64,000 bases of DNA from Penicillus capitatus (Eukaryota; Plantae; Chlorophyta): the NCBI GenBank assembly GCA_965649825.1, contig OZ287698.1, positions 511,949-575,948 on the forward strand. Direction: 5' to 3'. The position numbers and the translations under genes were made by a program. Positions 60,601 to 64,000 of the stretch are shown here, piece after piece (positions within the stretch are counted from its first letter, which is position 1; every line of letters starts with the position of its first letter). The notes under the pieces are model-generated. The model did no database searches and was not told the origin of the DNA. It saw nothing but the letters and a program-made list of their open reading frames with translations.

Positions 60601-63499
60601 AAACACTCTCTGTGCTGTCAATCCTTTCAGGCATGTCGAAGAAACTGCCCTCCGATAAAGGAGAGGAACCGAATGGAATGTGAACACGATGGAAGACTTG
60701 TCGATCTGTGGACACAGCTACAGAACAAGAGTACAGAGATCAGGATAAGGTTACCTGATTCGTTGAAGATTCCAACAGTTATTCTGTAGTTGCGAATCGC
60801 GCACATATCGATAAAGCAAGTTGCTCTGCCGTCGCTGGACAGAGTGCAGTAATCCGACAGCACTCTGTTTGGTTGCTTCAAAAGGTCTTCCACTTCTTGC
60901 TGTCCACTGGAGGGATGCACGACAATACTCTCTTGCATTCCTTGATCCCATGAGAGCAGGACGCAGCGACCATCATCAGAGACTCGCTTCTGGGTGTCTT
61001 CAACGATGCCGTCCCTTCTCTTGCGTTTCCATTTCGTCTTGGCGGTCACTAATCCCAACAGGTTTGTAAAGTCAACCTTGTACTTTATTGTTTCAAACGT
61101 TGTCTCGCTTCTTAAGTCAAGGATGACCACTTTCCCGATATCGAGGATAGTCACCCTTTTCCGATCTGCTGTCTGAGATATCCGAAGGCATTTGTCGATG
61201 TTCTTTAGCTTCTTTTCTCGCTTCTTCCTCGTCATAAGGTCGATGAACATTGCCGTCGGCTTGTCAATCAGAGAAAAAGCAACCAGTCCTTGATCTGGTC
61301 CGTTGCCGTTGTCGTAGAGGAACAGTCGATTAGGGATGAATGATTCTGAAGCTGCCTGAGTTCCAGCGTCTTCGAATGCCAGATCCGGAAACGCTCTGCC
61401 TTCCCCTTTTTCAAAGCAGACGATTTTTGCGGATCCGATTGGCTGGGAAGACGTCTCTCTGTTGGAATCAATGAAGGCTAGTCTCTTTCCGTGAGCAGAC
61501 TGAGTGGCATCGGATATATAACTGTTGCGGCTAATGCTGCTGGTGACATCAGTTATCCAAGCAGGAAAGTCACTGTCGTGTTCTCTTTCCTCCAAGGCAC
61601 TTGCGAGTGACTGACTAGGAAGACAAGCGCATGCTTTTAGGAAGGTCTTGTCGCATTCCTCAGTATTTAGCTTGTCATCGAGAAACTCTGGAGCAAACAC
61701 GATAATGGCGCATTCGCCCATGATCAGAAAGTGGTCTCCATTCGGATCATACATCGCCTCAGTCGGTATGTCTTGTTGCTCAGTCGAATGCAAAGGATAC
61801 AGAACGCCTGAACTCCACACTGTGGCTCCAGACTCGACGGAGACAATGGAACATGACTGAAACCTCTGCGAGAATGCACCAATCCACCGTCTGTTCTTGG
61901 AGATGCAAAATTTGGGGTAAACAGCTTCAATGATACGGAGTATATAAGACGCATCGTCTGGATCTGATTTCGGATCATTCGCACCTTTATCGCCATGTCT
62001 TCCTCGAAACGTTGTATGCGTTTTAATCAGTCTTGGCCCCCTTTCCGTTGGAATCAGTATCTGGTTTCTGACAACGTCTTTCGTAATATCCCAGATTAAC
62101 ACTCTTCTTCGGTTTCCATTAACATCCGTTTCTGCTATGAGTACTTCGATGCTTTCATCTGACTCGGAGAGGCGTTCTAACACTTGCGCTTCATAGCGGA
62201 ACTTTCCAGGAGGAAAGGTTTTGCTTCTTAACGGTATCAGTTGGTCGCTTTTCTGACAAAGACACAGGTCTTCTGTTCTGTACACGAAGATCGTCGATTG
62301 TTTCGTCGACTCTTTGTTTTCTGTTGTTTTCCACAAAAGCAGATACTCGCCCTGCAATCCCCAGACGGCACAAGTGCCATCCAGAGTGATCGAGTGTTGC
62401 TGTCCTGACCCGGCATCGAAATCCAATCTTGGCCACACCTAAACACAGTGTTTATATGCGAATTGGTGGCTGCTTTACGTACCGTTGTCTCCGACACGGA
62501 GCACACGAGGACACTTTCACCATTCTTGGAAAGCAGTGGGAACCCCTTTCGATACTTTCTGTCGTCATCGAGCTCGATATTGGACGCTATACTCTCTCTC
62601 AGGTTCAGCTTAAAGACATCGATGGTATGGATCTCGTATTTTGGATCATGGTACGTATTTTCGAACTGGACGCGCAGCACGATCCGTCCATTACTTGAGA
62701 ACTGGTACTTGCATATGTCACTGAGATTCTTTGGCGGAAAAAACTGATGAAATCTGCCACGACGTACCGATGCGAGGCTACAGCATACACCTTCTGTTGC
62801 GGATGCGGCATTCAGCTTCCTCTCATCATCGAACCACGTCAGGTTCATGCTTTTGTAGTTCCCTTCAGTGTCGATAGCAATAAGTCTATCATTCTTTTTC
62901 TGTTCGAAGCTTAAGCAATCGACGGCGTTTTCGAACGCGTCACTCCTTCCGGCGACAAGCGTGTAGTCTGCAGTTCTCCACAGCCTAATGTCGTGTCATT
63001 GAACACAATCGTGATAAGGATGAGAGACGCACCTTATGCAACCACTATCGTCTCCTGTCGCTAAGCACGTTCCGTCTGCCGAGAATGCACGACAGGTGAA
63101 AACTGTGCCGCCATTCGATGGTTCCAGCACTCGATGGGGAATTCCGTTCAGAGGCCTGTAGTCGACGAGCGAAAAACGTGGCAGGCCTAGAAAAGAAAAC
63201 ACAGTGACTGTTAGACTGTCTCACGTAACAGTACAGGAGTCGCCGAAAAAATCGTCCCGCCGCTACGGAGCCATTTGTACGAAACGTTTAGCAGAGAATT
63301 GGCAAAGAGGATGGACGAGCTGGACGTCGAAGCAAGAACGGAACGGAGAACCTTCAACTTAAGACGTCAGACTGATTAACTTACGTTTGAGTGAAGTCGC
63401 TGTCGTGGACTCGTTTCGGATTTTGCGAGTCCGTGAGGATTCCTCCGCATGCCTGCAGTCCTCCAGCAGAGGTTGACGTGGTTCGTGTTCGCTTCCCAT
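57604..63499 (-). CDS. WD40-like beta-propeller + TRP-like cation channel, paralog C
   Basis: Same exon structure, from MGSEHEPRQPLLED; pore LFYALFGAFEAE; LLLNLLIAIMGDTFDR; ends DEGPSNP*. The apparent frameshift at ~59950 is resolved by a 55-nt GTAAGA...CAG intron. Confidence 0.85.
58481..58570 (-). repeat. 30-bp coding tandem repeat x3 in the pore turret of paralog C
   Basis: A/AATCTCCGC-type blocks at 58491, 58521 and 58551; protein GGFFNGKGEK GGDFNGRSEK SGDFTGDYGS. Confidence 0.85.
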
Positions 63500-63639
63500 T
63501 CTCCGCCCCGTGAAAGTTCGCATTTGCTGTCGAATTCGGCGGCACTGAAGGCCGATAACGTTCGTGCGAAGTTCGCAACGAACGTAGGCAAGAAAGAAAT
63601 CTAACGCACTAACTAAACGCAAGACATGGTATCGATTTA

Positions 63640-64000
63640 ATACTAATAAGGACACGTGGCGACTGTGTATTCGAAGGGCAGGCACATTCTTCGACGCAAG
63701 ACAGCAGCTTCCATGCCGTAGACCGCGCACGCTGTCTGCCCCGCAGAAGACAAGCAGCAAAGTCAGGCTCAGCCGCCACGAGTCGGCGATAGTCGTCAGA
63801 CGACCCGTGCATCGTAACTCCACAGAACGATGCCAACTCCATCCTTAACTGTGGCTGTTCGCGACCGTCATGCGTTGTGGCGTCGCTTCTTCTATCCTTC
63901 GTATGGATGTCAGCTGTGTGTAACCTTGCGTACTTTCTCAAAGTAGGTGCAGTGCAAACCCGTCGACATCGGATCAGTCCTCGCTTCATCTCATAAAAGA
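63640..64000 (-). pseudogene. Decayed upstream gene of unit C (partial, runs off the window end)
   Basis: QPQLRMELASFCGVTMHGSSDDYRRLVAAEPDFAAC; ~87 nt identical to A 33167-33253. Confidence 0.35.

Overview
Eukaryotic, gene-dense nuclear DNA with short (mostly ~45-60 nt) spliceosomal introns and the standard genetic code. It is most likely a compact-genome green alga, inferred from an STN7/STN8-family kinase and plant-like UNC-50 and AXR1. The left half (1-32 kb) holds housekeeping genes: SEC15/EXOC6 5' part, RPL15, Derlin, eIF2-gamma, an STN7/8-like kinase with FF repeats, a divergent histone H3, purH, NAE1/AXR1 and UNC-50. It also holds a secreted CUB protein, an LRR receptor-like protein, and a detoxification-type cluster of two intact GSTs, one cytochrome P450 and two GST pseudogenes. 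The right half (32-64 kb) is three copies of a ~9-11 kb duplication unit. Each unit carries an apparently intact ~5.9 kb gene for a very large protein: N-terminal WD40-like beta-propeller region, TRP-like 6-TM cation channel, C-terminal coiled coil (copy A +, copies B and C -). The paralogs are patchworks of one another, consistent with gene conversion. They differ at the predicted selectivity-filter residue (S/D/A), in turret length and in coiled-coil repeat number, while the flanking genes carried in the unit have decayed. A and B lie tail-to-tail with ~1.6 kb near-identical inverted arms around a spacer holding a decayed non-LTR retrotransposon and a MON1-like relic. The diversifying propeller-TRP family is the strongest candidate for an undescribed system. 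All family assignments are from recognising motifs by eye; no database search was run.
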